DNA of 64,000 bases from Anaeramoeba ignava BMAN (taxonomy: Eukaryota; Protista; Anaeramoebae), in assembly GCA_028826165.1 (NCBI GenBank), contig JAPDFW010000054.1, positions 372,001 to 436,000 on the forward strand. Reading direction: 5' to 3'. The notes under the pieces were generated by a model. The model searched no databases. It saw only the letters and a program-made list of their open reading frames with translations, and was not told where the DNA came from. Both the position numbers and the translations under genes were made by a program. The stretch's first letter is position 1. Each line of letters begins with the position of its first letter. This document shows, in pieces, positions 13,217 to 24,923 of the stretch.

Positions 13217-15044
13217 TTATCTAAAAGATAAAACAATACCAAGTAATCCTAAAATTCCTGTTATAATTAAAGGAGGAAAAAAAACAAATCCCCAATTTAA
13301 ACCTGATTCTCCTTCCAATTTTCCAAAAACAAGAAGATCAGAAACCAAAAAAAACAAAGAGAAAAACGTAAAAATAAAACAAGAAAAAATTGCTTCTGAT
13401 GAGAAAAAATTTCTGAAAAAAGGTCTTAAAATCAAAGAAACAATCAAAAGAACAACATAAAATCCATGAACAATAAAAAGTGGACTCAAAACAGATCCCC
13501 AAGACAAAGAAACTGAGTTGTCAATCTTTAGCGAAAGAAGAATGAAGAAAACGGAAAAACAAAGAGTAGCAAAACCAGGACTTGCATGAATGATAGTATC
13601 ATTGAAAAAAAACATAAAAGAAGAAATTCTTTTGATTTCAAGAACTGCCCAGATTATATAACAAGTTACAAAATGAACGCAAACAAGAAACAAAGGGATT
13701 GAAAGAACCAAAATGTTTGTTTTAATTTTTCCATCTCCACGAAGAGAAATCAAAATCAAAAAGAGGATGAAAGGGATTGAATTAATATAATAACCTTGGA
13801 GAAGAATATTTTCTGGGAATTCAACACTTTTCACTTCTTTTTCAACAAATCCAAGAAGGGCAATGTAAATAATAAATAATGAAAATGGAATAATAACAAC
13901 AATCCAAGAGCATTTGATTATTTCGCTTGAGCGAAGAGAAGCAAGAAGTAAAGGTAATGGGAAAATGCATAAAAAAGCGAAAGCCATTGCAAAATTTGAG
14001 AAAAGGAAAGTTTTCAATCTATCCGTTTTTGATGGATGATAAACAAATGGAGTATTTAGTATTTTGTAAGCAGTTTTCATTTTTTCCACTTGTTCAATAA
14101 TAATTGATTTTGGATTGTTTAGAATTTGCAAATCCAAGCTATTTTCCTCTTTATCATTAATTTTATTTTTATGATTAATTTCATTTTTATGATTGATTCC
14201 ATTTTTATGATTAATTTCATTTTTTTGATTAATTTCATTTTTATCATTGATTTCATTTTTATGATTAATTTCATTTTTTTGATTAATTTCATTTTTGATT
14301 AATTTCATTTTTTTGATTGATTTCATTTTTATCATTAATTTCATTTCTATCCTTAATTTCATTTTTTTGATTGATTTCATTTTTTTGATTAATTTCATTT
14401 TTTTCATTAATTTCATTTTTTTCATTGATTTCATTTTTATGATTGATTTCATTTCCATCTTCTAAATCATCTTTTTTTTTAAAATAATTAACTATTCCAG
14501 TTTTATATATTCCTTGAATTCTACAAGAAATAACCATTAGTGTAATGATATTTTCAAAATCAAGTAAATGTCGATATGATTTTATGATATTTCTCCAAAG
14601 TTCTGGATCATTTGAAATTCGGTAAAAAAGTTTATTTACTTCACTACACATAACAAGTATTGGAACTTTTTTAATGTGAGAAAATATTTCCCAAATTACT
14701 TTTTAATTGATTTGTGTTTTTTTTTTTTTGAATCGAAAATTAAATTTGGATAAGAATTAAATTTAGATAAAAATTATTTTACTTTCTTCAGGAAGAACTT
14801 GAAAAGATCCATTATTTTCATTATCACTTTCTTTATCACTTTCTTTATCATTTTCTTTATCAATTTCTTTATCAATTTCATTATCAATTTCTTTATCATT
14901 TCCAATTTCAATTTCTTTATCAATTTCAATATTATTTTTATTATCATTTCCAATTTCAATATTAATTGCATTTAAATTTCTTCTACTAATAAATAACGGA
15001 AGAACATAATCTATTTCAAAATATCTTATGTTATCGTTTTCCAT
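13217..15044 (-). CDS. F-box + (NEINQK)n repeat + multi-pass TMEM185/FAM11-like membrane protein
   Basis: Exon 15044-14783 and intron 14782-14699 give F-box SFQVLPEEIIWEIFSHI..MCSEVNKLFYRISNDPELW. One apparent slip near 14295 in the 18-nt repeat. Hydrophobic C-half has recurring L+.D..I..W..V+.PL motifs typical of TMEM185/TMEM60. Confidence 0.7.
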
Positions 15045-15130
15045 TTAATTTTAAAAATAAAAAAAAACGTTTTATTAAATCAATCAAAAAATAATAATAA
15101 AAAAAGAAATGAGAAGAAAAATGAAAAATT

Positions 15131-17195
15131 TATTTTTATTATAAAATTAATTTTGAAATAATTTATTAGTAAATTACTATTTAATCTTATTTAAAATTAT
15201 TAATAAAAAATTAATTAAAATTTGTTATTAATTTATTTATTTATTTTTAATTATATTTAATTAATATATTATTATATTTTTATTATAAAATTAATTTTGA
15301 AATAATTTATTAATAAATTGTTATTTAATCCTATTTAAAATTATTAATAAAAAATTAATTAAAATTTGTTATTATTTTATTTATTTATTTTTTAATTATA
15401 TTTAATTAATATATTATTATACTTTTATTTTAAAATTAATTTTGAAATAATTTATTAATAAATTGTTATTTAATATTATTTAAAATTATTAATAAAAAAA
15501 TTAATTAAAATTTGTTATTATTTTATTTATTTATTTTTAATTATATTTAATTAATATATTATTATATTTTTATTTTAAAATTAATTTTAAAATAATTTAT
15601 TAATAAATTGTTATTTAATACTATTTAAAATTATTAATAAAAAATTAATTAAAAATTTGTTATTATTTTATTTAATTATTTTTAACTATATTTAATTAAT
15701 GTATTATTATATTTTTATTATAAAATTAATTTTGAAATAATTTATTAATAAATTATTATTTAATATTATTTAAAATTATTAATAAAAATTAATTAAAATT
15801 TGTTATTAATTTATTTTATTATTTTTAATTATATTTAATTAATGCATTTTTATATTTTTATTATAAAATTAATTTTGAAATAATTTATTAGTAAATTACT
15901 ATTTAATATTATTTAAAATTATTAATAAAAATTAATTAAAATTTGTTATTATTTTATTTATTTATTTTTAATTATATTTAATTAATGTATTTTTATATTT
16001 TTATTATAAAATTAATTTCGAAATAATTTATTAATAAATTGTTATTTAATATTATTTAAAATTATTAATAAAAAATTGATTAAAATTTGTTATTAATTTA
16101 TTTAATTATTTTTAATTATATTTAATTAATATATTATTATATTTTTATTTTAAAATTAATTTTGAAATAATTTATTAATAAATTACTATTTAATCCTATT
16201 TAAAAATTATTAATAATAAAAATTAATTAAATTTTATTTTATTATTTTTATTATATTTATTTATTTTTAATTATATTTTATTATAAAATAATTTTGAAAT
16301 AATTTATTAATAAATTGTTATTTAATATTTAAAATTATTAATAAAAATTAATTAAAATTTGTTATTATTTTATTTATTTAATTATTATTTAAAAATTATT
16401 AATAAAAATTATTAAAATTTTTATTATTTTAATTATTTAAAATTTTAATAAAAATTTAAAATTTATTAATTTTATTTATTTATTTTTAATTATATTTAAT
16501 TAATGTATTTTTATATTTTTATTATAAAATTAATTTTAAAATAATTTATTAATAAATTATTATTTAATATTATTTAAAATTAATAAAAAATTAATTAAAA
16601 TTTGTTATTATTTTATTTAATTATTTTTAATTATATTTAATTAATGTATTTTTATATTTTTATTATAAAATTAATTTTGAAATAATTTATTAGTAAATTA
16701 CTATTTAATATTATTTAAAATTATTAATAAAAATTGATTAAAATTTCCTTTTAAATATTTAATTATTTTTAATTATATTTAATTAATATATTTTTATACT
16801 TTTATTTTAAAATTAATTTTTGAAATAATTTATTAGTAAATTACTATTTAATCTTATTTAAAATTATTAATAAAAAATTGATTAAAATTTGTTATTATTT
16901 TATTTATTTATTTTTAACTATATTTAATTATTGTATTATTATACTTTTATTTTAAAATTAATTTTGAAATAATTTATTAATAAATTATTATTTAATCTTA
17001 TTTAAAATTATTAATAAAAAATTAATTAAAATTTGTTATTAATTTATTTATTTATTTTTAATTATATTTAATTAATATATTTTATATTTTTATTATAAAA
17101 TTAATTTTGAAATAATTTATTAATAAATTGTTATTTAATCCTATTTAAAATTATTAATAAAAAATTGATTAAAATTTCCTTTTAAATATTTAATT
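15131..17195. repeat. ~144-bp tandem satellite, about 14 copies, intergenic
   Basis: Anchor TTTTGAAATAATTTATT (or a close variant) recurs at about 15151, 15295, 15440, 15585, 15730, 15873, 16016, 16160, 16292, 16534, 16675, 16818, 16962, 17105. Confidence 0.92.
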
Positions 17196-17357
17196 GAAAA
17201 TAAAAAAGAGATAAAACTCTATTTTAAAATAAATTAAATATATAAATAAAAAAATATAAAAGAGAAAAAAAAAATTTTTTTTTATTTTTCATTTTTTTTT
17301 CATTTTTAATTATTTTTTAAATTTAAAAATTTTTACAAAACAAAAACAAAAAAACAA

Positions 17358-17948
17358 ATGACAGAATATAAATTAGTAGTTGTAGGAGGAGGAGGAGTAG
17401 GAAAATCCGCATTAACAATTCAATTAGTACAATCACACTTTGTAGATGAATATGATCCAACAATAGAAGATTCCTATCGAAGACAAGTAGAAATAGATGA
17501 AGAAATCTGTTTATTAGACATATTAGACACCGCAGGACAAGAAGAATATTCAGCAATGCGAGATTCATACATGCGTTCAGGAGAAGGATTTCTAATTGTA
17601 TTTGCAATCAATTCAAGAAATTCATTCGATGAAGTTTCCGTTTTTAAAGAGCAAATTTGCAGAGTTAAAGATTCAGATCATGTTCCTATGATTATTGTTG
17701 GTAATAAATCTGATCTTGAAAATGAAAGACAAGTTTCTTCTGGTGAAGGTCAAGATCTCGCTAAAACTTTTGGTTGTCCTTATATTGAAACTTCTGCTAA
17801 AACTAGAATTAATGTTGAAGAGGCTTTCTTTGGTTTGGTTAGAGAAATTAGAAAAGTTAAATTCGGTAAAACTGATGAGAAAACTACTGGAAAAACTACT
17901 AAAACTAAGAAAAAGAGAAAATTGTTTGGAAAATGCTCTTTAATGTGA
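17358..17948 (+). CDS. ras: Canonical Ras GTPase, intronless
   Basis: [46 protein letters not shown], polybasic tail and CSLM CAAX. Confidence 0.97.
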   Translation: MTEYKLVVVGGGGVGKSALTIQLVQSHFVDEYDPTIEDSYRRQVEIDEEICLLDILDTAGQEEYSAMRDSYMRSGEGFLIVFAINSRNSFDEVSVFKEQICRVKDSDHVPMIIVGNKSDLENERQVSSGEGQDLAKTFGCPYIETSAKTRINVEEAFFGLVREIRKVKFGKTDEKTTGKTTKTKKKRKLFGKCSLM

Positions 17949-18035
17949 TTTCCTTTTTCTTTTTCTTTTTCTTTTTTGAATTTCTCTTTTTTCTTCTTTG
18001 AATTTTTCTTTTTTCAATTGTTTTTCTTTTAATAA

Positions 18036-18313
18036 ATTTAATTTTAATTTTAATTTTAATTTTAATTTTAATTTTAATTTTGATTTTGATTTTAATTTTA
18101 ATTTTAATTTTAATTTTAATTTTAATTTTAATTTTAATTTTAATTTTAATTTTAATTTTTTTATTCAAATTATCAACATATTTTCAAAATAAAAACAAAT
18201 AATCTAAAATTTAATTCACAAATTCAAAACAAAACAAAAATTAAAAACAAAAATAATCAATAATCAATAATCAATAATCAATAATCAATAATCAATAATC
18301 AATAATCAATAAT
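18036..18313. repeat. (TTTTAA)n and (CAATAAT)n microsatellites between convergent 3' ends
   Basis: Seen directly at about 18036-18160 and 18255-18313. Confidence 0.9.
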
Positions 18314-18319
18314 CTTTTT

Positions 18320-18955
18320 TCATAATCCATCATCCAAATTTTTAAGCTTTTCAGCAACTTCCAAAATTGAAGGTCTTTTTTGACAATCCTTTTGCGAACA
18401 AAGTTCAGCAAATTCAAGAAAACCCAATTCAGCAAAAATAAGTCCCAAATAAAAAATATCATTATTAAAAGTAACATTTTCTTGTTCATCAGGAATTTGA
18501 GCCAATCCAAGATCACATAACTTAGCAGTAAAATCAGAAGAAATAAGGATATTATCCATTTTAAGATCCTGGATAACAAGACCTCTTTCATGAATAGCAA
18601 GAACACCGTTAACAATATCTTTCATAACTTGCAATCTCAATTTTCGTTTTTCCAAAAATTTTGAATTTTTTTGAACTAGCGAACTTAAACTTCCAAAAGG
18701 GCAAAATTCCATTAAATAACCTTGTATTTCTTGTGTTGAAATGTCTTTTATAAATCGTACAATGTTTGGATGATTTTGAAAGGATTGCATTGTTTCTATT
18801 TCTTGTTTATTGATTTTTTCATTTTTTCTGAAAACCTTTAACGCATAAACTTGTTTTGAATTTGAATGAACTATTTTGAAAACTTTTCCAAAACATCCAC
18901 CTCCTATTGAAGAAATAAATTGTAAATCAAGTTGTTTTTTAAGTTGTTTTTTCAT
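18320..18955 (-). CDS. Minimal/degenerate Ser/Thr protein kinase-like protein
   Basis: GGGCFGKV G-loop, YALK, IQDLKMDN catalytic loop, CDLG, NDIFYLG, KRPS; no APE/P+1 segment. Confidence 0.85.
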   Translation of the reverse strand: MKKQLKKQLDLQFISSIGGGCFGKVFKIVHSNSKQVYALKVFRKNEKINKQEIETMQSFQNHPNIVRFIKDISTQEIQGYLMEFCPFGSLSSLVQKNSKFLEKRKLRLQVMKDIVNGVLAIHERGLVIQDLKMDNILISSDFTAKLCDLGLAQIPDEQENVTFNNDIFYLGLIFAELGFLEFAELCSQKDCQKRPSILEVAEKLKNLDDGL

Positions 18956-19149
18956 TTATAAGACAAATAAAAATAAAAAAGAAAAAAGATAAAAAAAGTG
19001 AAAGTTGAAAAATAAAAGGAAAAAAAAATTTTATTTTATTTTATTTATTTTAACCACTTTCTCTTTTATTTTTTTATTTAAAACTTAAAATAAAGAGTTA
19101 ATCTTTCTTTTTTTTAAGATTTGCCTAACAATCCAAAAAAGAGAAAATT

Positions 19150-20535
19150 GAATTAAATTCTAAATAAAATTCAAATTAAAAATCTAATTAAAAATCTAAT
19201 TAAAATTCTAAATTAAAATCTAATTAAAATCTAATTAAAAATCTAATTAAAATCCAAATTAAAATCAAATTAAAAATCCAAATTAAAAATCTAATTAAAA
19301 TCTAATTAAAAATCTAATTAAAAATCTAATTAAAAATCCAATTAAAATCTAATAAAATTCTAAATTAAAATCTAATTTAAATTCTAAATTAAAATCTAAT
19401 TAAAATCTAATTAAAAATCTAAATAAAATCTAATTAAAATCTAAATAAAAATCAAATTAAAAATCTAATTAAAATTCCAATTAAAATCCAAATAAAATCT
19501 AAAATAAAATCCAATTAAAATCCAAATAAAATCCAATTAAAAATCTAAAATAAAATCCAATTAAAATTGAATTAAAAATCTAAATAAGAAATAAAAATTA
19601 AAAATTAAAAATTCAAAAATTCCAAATTAAAAATCTAATTAAAAAAATTAAAATCCAAATTAAAAATTCAATTAAAATCTAATTAAAAATCAATTAAAAC
19701 TAATTTAAAATTAAAATAAAATTAAAAAAATTAAAAATCCAATTAAAATCTAATTAAAAATCCAAATTAAATTCTAATAAAAAAAAATTAAAATTAAAAT
19801 CTAATTAAAAATCCAAAATAAAAATCCAATTAAAAATTCAAAATTAAAAAATCTAATTAAAAATCTAATTAAAAATCCAAATAAAATCAAATTAAAAATA
19901 ATTAAAAAAAAATTCAAATTAAAAATCTAATTAAAAATCTAATTAAAATTAAAAAATCTAAATTAAAAATCTAAATTAAAAATCCAAATAAAATCAAATT
20001 AAATTCTAAATTAAATTCTAAATTAAAATTCCAAATAAAATCAAATTAACAATCAAATTAAAATCCAAAATAAAAATCAAATTAAATTCCAATTAAAAAT
20101 CTAAATAAAATCAAATTAAATTCTAATTAAAAATCCAAATTAAAATCCAAATTAAAAATCAAATTAAAATCTAATTAAAATCCAAATTAAAATCAAATTA
20201 AAAATCTAAATTAAAAATCTAATTAAAAATCTAATTAAAAATCTAAATTAAAATCCAAATAAAATCTAATTAAAATCTAAAATAAAATCCAATTAAAATT
20301 GAATTAAAAATCTAAATAAAATCCAAATTAAAAATCTAATTAAAAATTCAATTTAAATTCCAAATTAAAATTCTAAATTAAATTCTAAATTAAAAATCTA
20401 ATTAAAATTCTAAATTAAAATCCAAATAAAAATGAAAATAAAATCTAAATAAAATCCAAATAAAATCTAATTAAAATCTAATTAAAAATCTAATTAAAAA
20501 TCAAATAAAATCTAATTTAAAATCTAATTAAAAAT
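19150..20535. repeat. Intergenic degenerate (AAAATCTAATT)n array
   Basis: 10-12 bp units with TCTAA/TCCAA/TCAAA cores fill the spacer between the kinase and the ERp29-like gene. Confidence 0.92.
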
Positions 20536-20557
20536 CATTTTTCATTTCATTTTTTAT

Positions 20558-22206
20558 TTATTCTTTGTTATTTGATTTAAATTTATTAAGAATATTTAAT
20601 TTAATTTCAAAATTCCTGCTTTGAGCAGGATGAACATCTGGAGAATCAATAAGTTTTTTTAATCTTTGAGCTTCATTTTCAATAAAATCAGGATCTTCAA
20701 GAAGATTTCGCATAATTTCTAAATAAAAATGACCTTTTGCATTTTGTATAACTAAATTACGAGTTTTTTCTGTAAGTTCTCTTCGAATTTTAGGATTTTC
20801 AATAAATATTTGTGCTAAATCATCGAGTTGTTTTATTGTTCCAAAAGATGTACCTAAAATTCCTTCTGGATTTCGATCTTTGAAACAGTATCTATTTACT
20901 TGTTCTACTAATTCTTCATATGTTTCTATTGAAATTTCCCATGGATTTTCTTTTGTTGTGTGTCCAAATATTAAATATGTTGGATATTTTTCAATTTTGT
21001 ATTTTTCACAAAGTTTTTGTGAATTTTTTTGATCGCAAAATACTGTTGCAAAAATCATATCTGTTTCTTTTTTAAATGTTTGAACTGCTTTTTCTAAATG
21101 TGGTTCAGCTAAATTTAAGATTAGATTAGATTTAGATTTAGATTTAGATTTAGATTTAGATTTAGATTTATATTTATATTTAGATTTATTTTATATTTAT
21201 ATTTATATTTATATTTATATTTATTATATTTATATTTATTATATTTATATTTATATTTATATTTATTATATTTATATTTATTATATTTATATTTATTATA
21301 TTTATATTTATTATATTTATATTTATTATATTTATATTTAATTATATTTATTATTTTATTTTTATTTTATTTATATTTTATATTTTATTTATATTTTATA
21401 TTTTATATTTTATATATTTATATATTTATATTTATATTTATATTTATATTTATGATTTTATATTTTATATTTTTATTTATATTTTTATATTTATATTTAT
21501 ATTTATATTTATATTTATATTTATATTTATATTTATATTTATATTTATATTTATATTTATATTTTTTATATTTTTTATTTTTATATTTTATATTTTATAT
21601 TTATATTTATATTTAGTATTTATATTTATATTTTATATTTTATATTTATATTTATATTTATATTTATATTTATTTTATATTTTATATTTTATATTTATAT
21701 TTATATTTATATTTATATTTTTATATTTTATTATATTTATATTTATATTTATATTTATATTTATATTTGTATTTATATTTATATTTATATTTATATTTAT
21801 ATTTATATTTTAGATTTAGATTTAATTTTAATTTTATATTTATATTTATATTTATATTTATATTTATATTTAGATTTATATTTATATTTATATTTATATT
21901 TATATTTATATTTATATTTATATTTATTTATATTTTGATTTATATTTATATTTAAATTTATATTTATATTTATATTTATTTTTATATTTGAAACGTTAAC
22001 CATTTTTCAATTAAAAAAAAAAAAGAAAAAAAAATTTTACTTTTGCTATCATTTTCAAGAAAAGCTACAACTGAACATGTATGAGGTCGAAGAAGAAATT
22101 GTTGATGAATATTCCAATCTACATTAATAACTCCATTTGATGTTAAAACAAGGACAAAAGCAACAATAAAAAAAACAAACAAACTAAAAATCTTTACTTC
22201 TTTCAT
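20558..22206 (-). CDS. ERp29/PDI-D-like protein (signal peptide, thioredoxin-like fold without CxxC, helical D domain)
   Basis: Exon 22206-22041 (signal peptide [20 protein letters not shown]), intron 22040-21109, exon 21108-20558 with [13 protein letters not shown] (cis-Pro loop) and [36 protein letters not shown] (ERp29 C-domain). Confidence 0.8.
21109..22040 (-). repeat. Intron filled with (TATATT)n on the + strand
   Basis: Hexamer array about 21120-21990 between GT-AG boundaries. Confidence 0.92.
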
Positions 22207-22293
22207 TTTAAAAAAAAAAAAATGAAATTGATCAAAAATAAAAAAAAATTTTTTTAATTTTTTTTTCATTTTTTTTTTAATTGAAAAATTAAA

Positions 22294-24858
22294 ATGAATA
22301 TTTGGGAAGCAATTAAAAAAAATGATATTAAATATTTAAAACAAATTAAAACACTTTCACAAAATGAATTAATAAAAGAAAAAGAAAATAAACCCATTTT
22401 ACATTTTGCAATAGAAAATAAAGTTTCCAAACAAATCATTCAAATTCTAATTTCAAAAGGAGCAAAACCAAATTCAAAAGATAATTTAGGAAGAAATTCA
22501 TTACATATTGCTTGTTTAAATATAAATATATCAATAGAAATTATTGAATATTTGATTCAAAAAGGTGTTGATATTAATTCAAAAACAAATCAAAATCAAA
22601 CTGCTTTACATTTTGTTTGTGAAAATTTAAATCCTTCATTTGAAATTATTAAGTATTTAATTGAAAACGGAATTGATATAAATGCAAAAACAAGATATTC
22701 TAATTTAACTGTTTTACATATTGCTTGTGAAAATCCAAATATTTCTTTTGAAATTATCAAATATTTGATTCAAAAAGGAGTTGATATTAATTCAAAAACA
22801 AAAGGAAATGAAACTGCTTTACATATTGCTTGTCAAAATCAAAATCCTTCATTTGAAATTATCAAGTATTTAATCGAAAACGGAATTGATATAAATGAAA
22901 AAACAAATAAAACTAGTGAAACAGCTTTACATTTTGCTTGTTTAAATCCAAATATTTCCTTTCCGATTATCAAATATTTAATCTCAAAAGGAATTGATAT
23001 AAATGCAAAAACAAAATATTCTGATTCAAATGCTTTACATATCATTTGCCAAAATGAAAATCCTTCATTTAAAATTACCAAATATCTAATTCAAAAAGGG
23101 ATTAATATTAATTCAAAAACAAATAATATAAATGATAGTGCTTTACATATTATTTGCAGAAACAAAAATCCTTCTTTTAAAATTGTTGAATATTTAATCG
23201 AAAAAGGAATTGATATAAATGCAAAAACAAATAAAACTAACGAAACTGCTTTACATATTGCTTGTCAAAATCCAAATCCAAATTCATCTCTTAAAATTAT
23301 CAAATATTTAATCTCAAAAGGAATTGATATAAATGCAAAAACAAATAAAACTAATGAAACAGCTTTACATTTTGCTTGCTCAAATCCAAAATTTTCATTT
23401 CAAATTATTGATTTATTAATTGAAAACGGTGTTGATATAAATGCAAAAACAAATCAAAACAAAACAGTTTTACATACTGCCTGTGAAATTCAAAATCCTT
23501 CTTTTAAACTTATCAAATATTTGATTGAAAAAGGTGTTGATATAAATGCAAAAACAAATCAAAATAAAACTGTTTTACATATTATTTGTGAAAATGAAAA
23601 TCCTTCTTTTGAAATTATCAAATATTTGATTGAAAAAGGTGTTGATATAAATACACAAACAAATTATCAAAATCAATCTGTTTTACATATTGCTTGCCAA
23701 AATCAAAATACAAATTCATATTTCAAAATTATCAAATATTTGATTGAAAAAGGAATTGATATAAATGCAAAAACAATTGAAAATCAAACGGCTTTACATA
23801 TTTCTTGCAAAAACCAAAATCCATCTCTTGAAATTATCAAATTATTGATTGAAAAAGGGATTGATATCAATGTAAAAACATCTTGGGGTAATCAAACAGC
23901 TTTATATATTGCTTGCAAAAATCAAAATTTAAAAATTGAAATTATCAAATATTTAATTTCAAAAGGAGTTGATATAAATACAGAATCAGAATATAATAAT
24001 CAAACAGCACTTTCAATATCAATTCATTATAAAAGAAAAGATTTAATTGAATTATTATTAATGAATGATGCAAATATTTTAAATTTATCAAAAAATAGAA
24101 TAACAAATCGATTTATTGAAATTTTTTTGAAAATTTATTCAATTAATCAAGATATGAATAACTTATTAAATTCAAATGAAAATTTTTCAGATTTAACAAT
24201 TCAATCAAATGATGAATTCAAATTTAATATTCATAAATTAATTTTATTAACAAGATTTGATAAAAACGAAACAATTTTACAAAAATTTATTGATATTTGT
24301 TTTCAAAAAACAAAAGAAGATATTCAAATTATCCTCAATTTCCTTTATACTGGATTTATTTATTTTCCACAAATTTATCAACAATTAAATCAAAAAGTAA
24401 ATATTAATTTTTTGCAAATAAAAAATGAACAAAAAGAAAAAGAAATTAAATTAATAGAATTTTTGAATGAAATTGGAATTGATTCAAAATGGATTGAAAT
24501 TAAAAAAGGAAGAAAAGGAATAATAAAAGATTTATCAAAATTATATGAAGAAAATGAAACAAAAGATTTTACAATAATTATTTCAAATGAAAAACAAATT
24601 AAAGTTCATAAATTAATATTATTTTTAAGAAGTGAATTATATAAAGGAATGTTTTTAAGTGTTCAAGATTCATCAAATAAAGTTCATGATTATTCAAGAA
24701 AAACATTCGAAACAATTCAACAATTAATTTATTTTCTTTATTTTGATAAATTTGAAAAAAAAGAAATTCCAAAAGAAATTAAAGAAGAATTTAAAGATTT
24801 AAAAGATTATTATCAATTAAATGAAAATTCAATAATTGATTTATTATTAAAATTTTAG
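22294..24858 (+). CDS. Ankyrin-repeat (~16) + tandem BTB/POZ protein, copy 1
   Basis: Repeated TALHIAC..IIKYLIEKGIDINAKT; C-terminal FSDLTI..FNIHKLILLTR and KDFTI..IKVHKLILFLRSELYKGMF BTB motifs; intronless. Confidence 0.93.
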   Translation: MNIWEAIKKNDIKYLKQIKTLSQNELIKEKENKPILHFAIENKVSKQIIQILISKGAKPNSKDNLGRNSLHIACLNINISIEIIEYLIQKGVDINSKTNQNQTALHFVCENLNPSFEIIKYLIENGIDINAKTRYSNLTVLHIACENPNISFEIIKYLIQKGVDINSKTKGNETALHIACQNQNPSFEIIKYLIENGIDINEKTNKTSETALHFACLNPNISFPIIKYLISKGIDINAKTKYSDSNALHIICQNENPSFKITKYLIQKGININSKTNNINDSALHIICRNKNPSFKIVEYLIEKGIDINAKTNKTNETALHIACQNPNPNSSLKIIKYLISKGIDINAKTNKTNETALHFACSNPKFSFQIIDLLIENGVDINAKTNQNKTVLHTACEIQNPSFKLIKYLIEKGVDINAKTNQNKTVLHIICENENPSFEIIKYLIEKGVDINTQTNYQNQSVLHIACQNQNTNSYFKIIKYLIEKGIDINAKTIENQTALHISCKNQNPSLEIIKLLIEKGIDINVKTSWGNQTALYIACKNQNLKIEIIKYLISKGVDINTESEYNNQTALSISIHYKRKDLIELLLMNDANILNLSKNRITNRFIEIFLKIYSINQDMNNLLNSNENFSDLTIQSNDEFKFNIHKLILLTRFDKNETILQKFIDICFQKTKEDIQIILNFLYTGFIYFPQIYQQLNQKVNINFLQIKNEQKEKEIKLIEFLNEIGIDSKWIEIKKGRKGIIKDLSKLYEENETKDFTIIISNEKQIKVHKLILFLRSELYKGMFLSVQDSSNKVHDYSRKTFETIQQLIYFLYFDKFEKKEIPKEIKEEFKDLKDYYQLNENSIIDLLLKF

Positions 24859-24923
24859 AAAACAAAAAATAAAAAAAAATTTTAATTTCATTTTTCATTT
24901 TTTTTTTTAATTGAAAAATTAAA

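Noticed and set aside
15131-17195. CRISPR-like periodicity
   Set aside because: Whole units repeat with no unique spacers; eukaryotic context; no cas genes.
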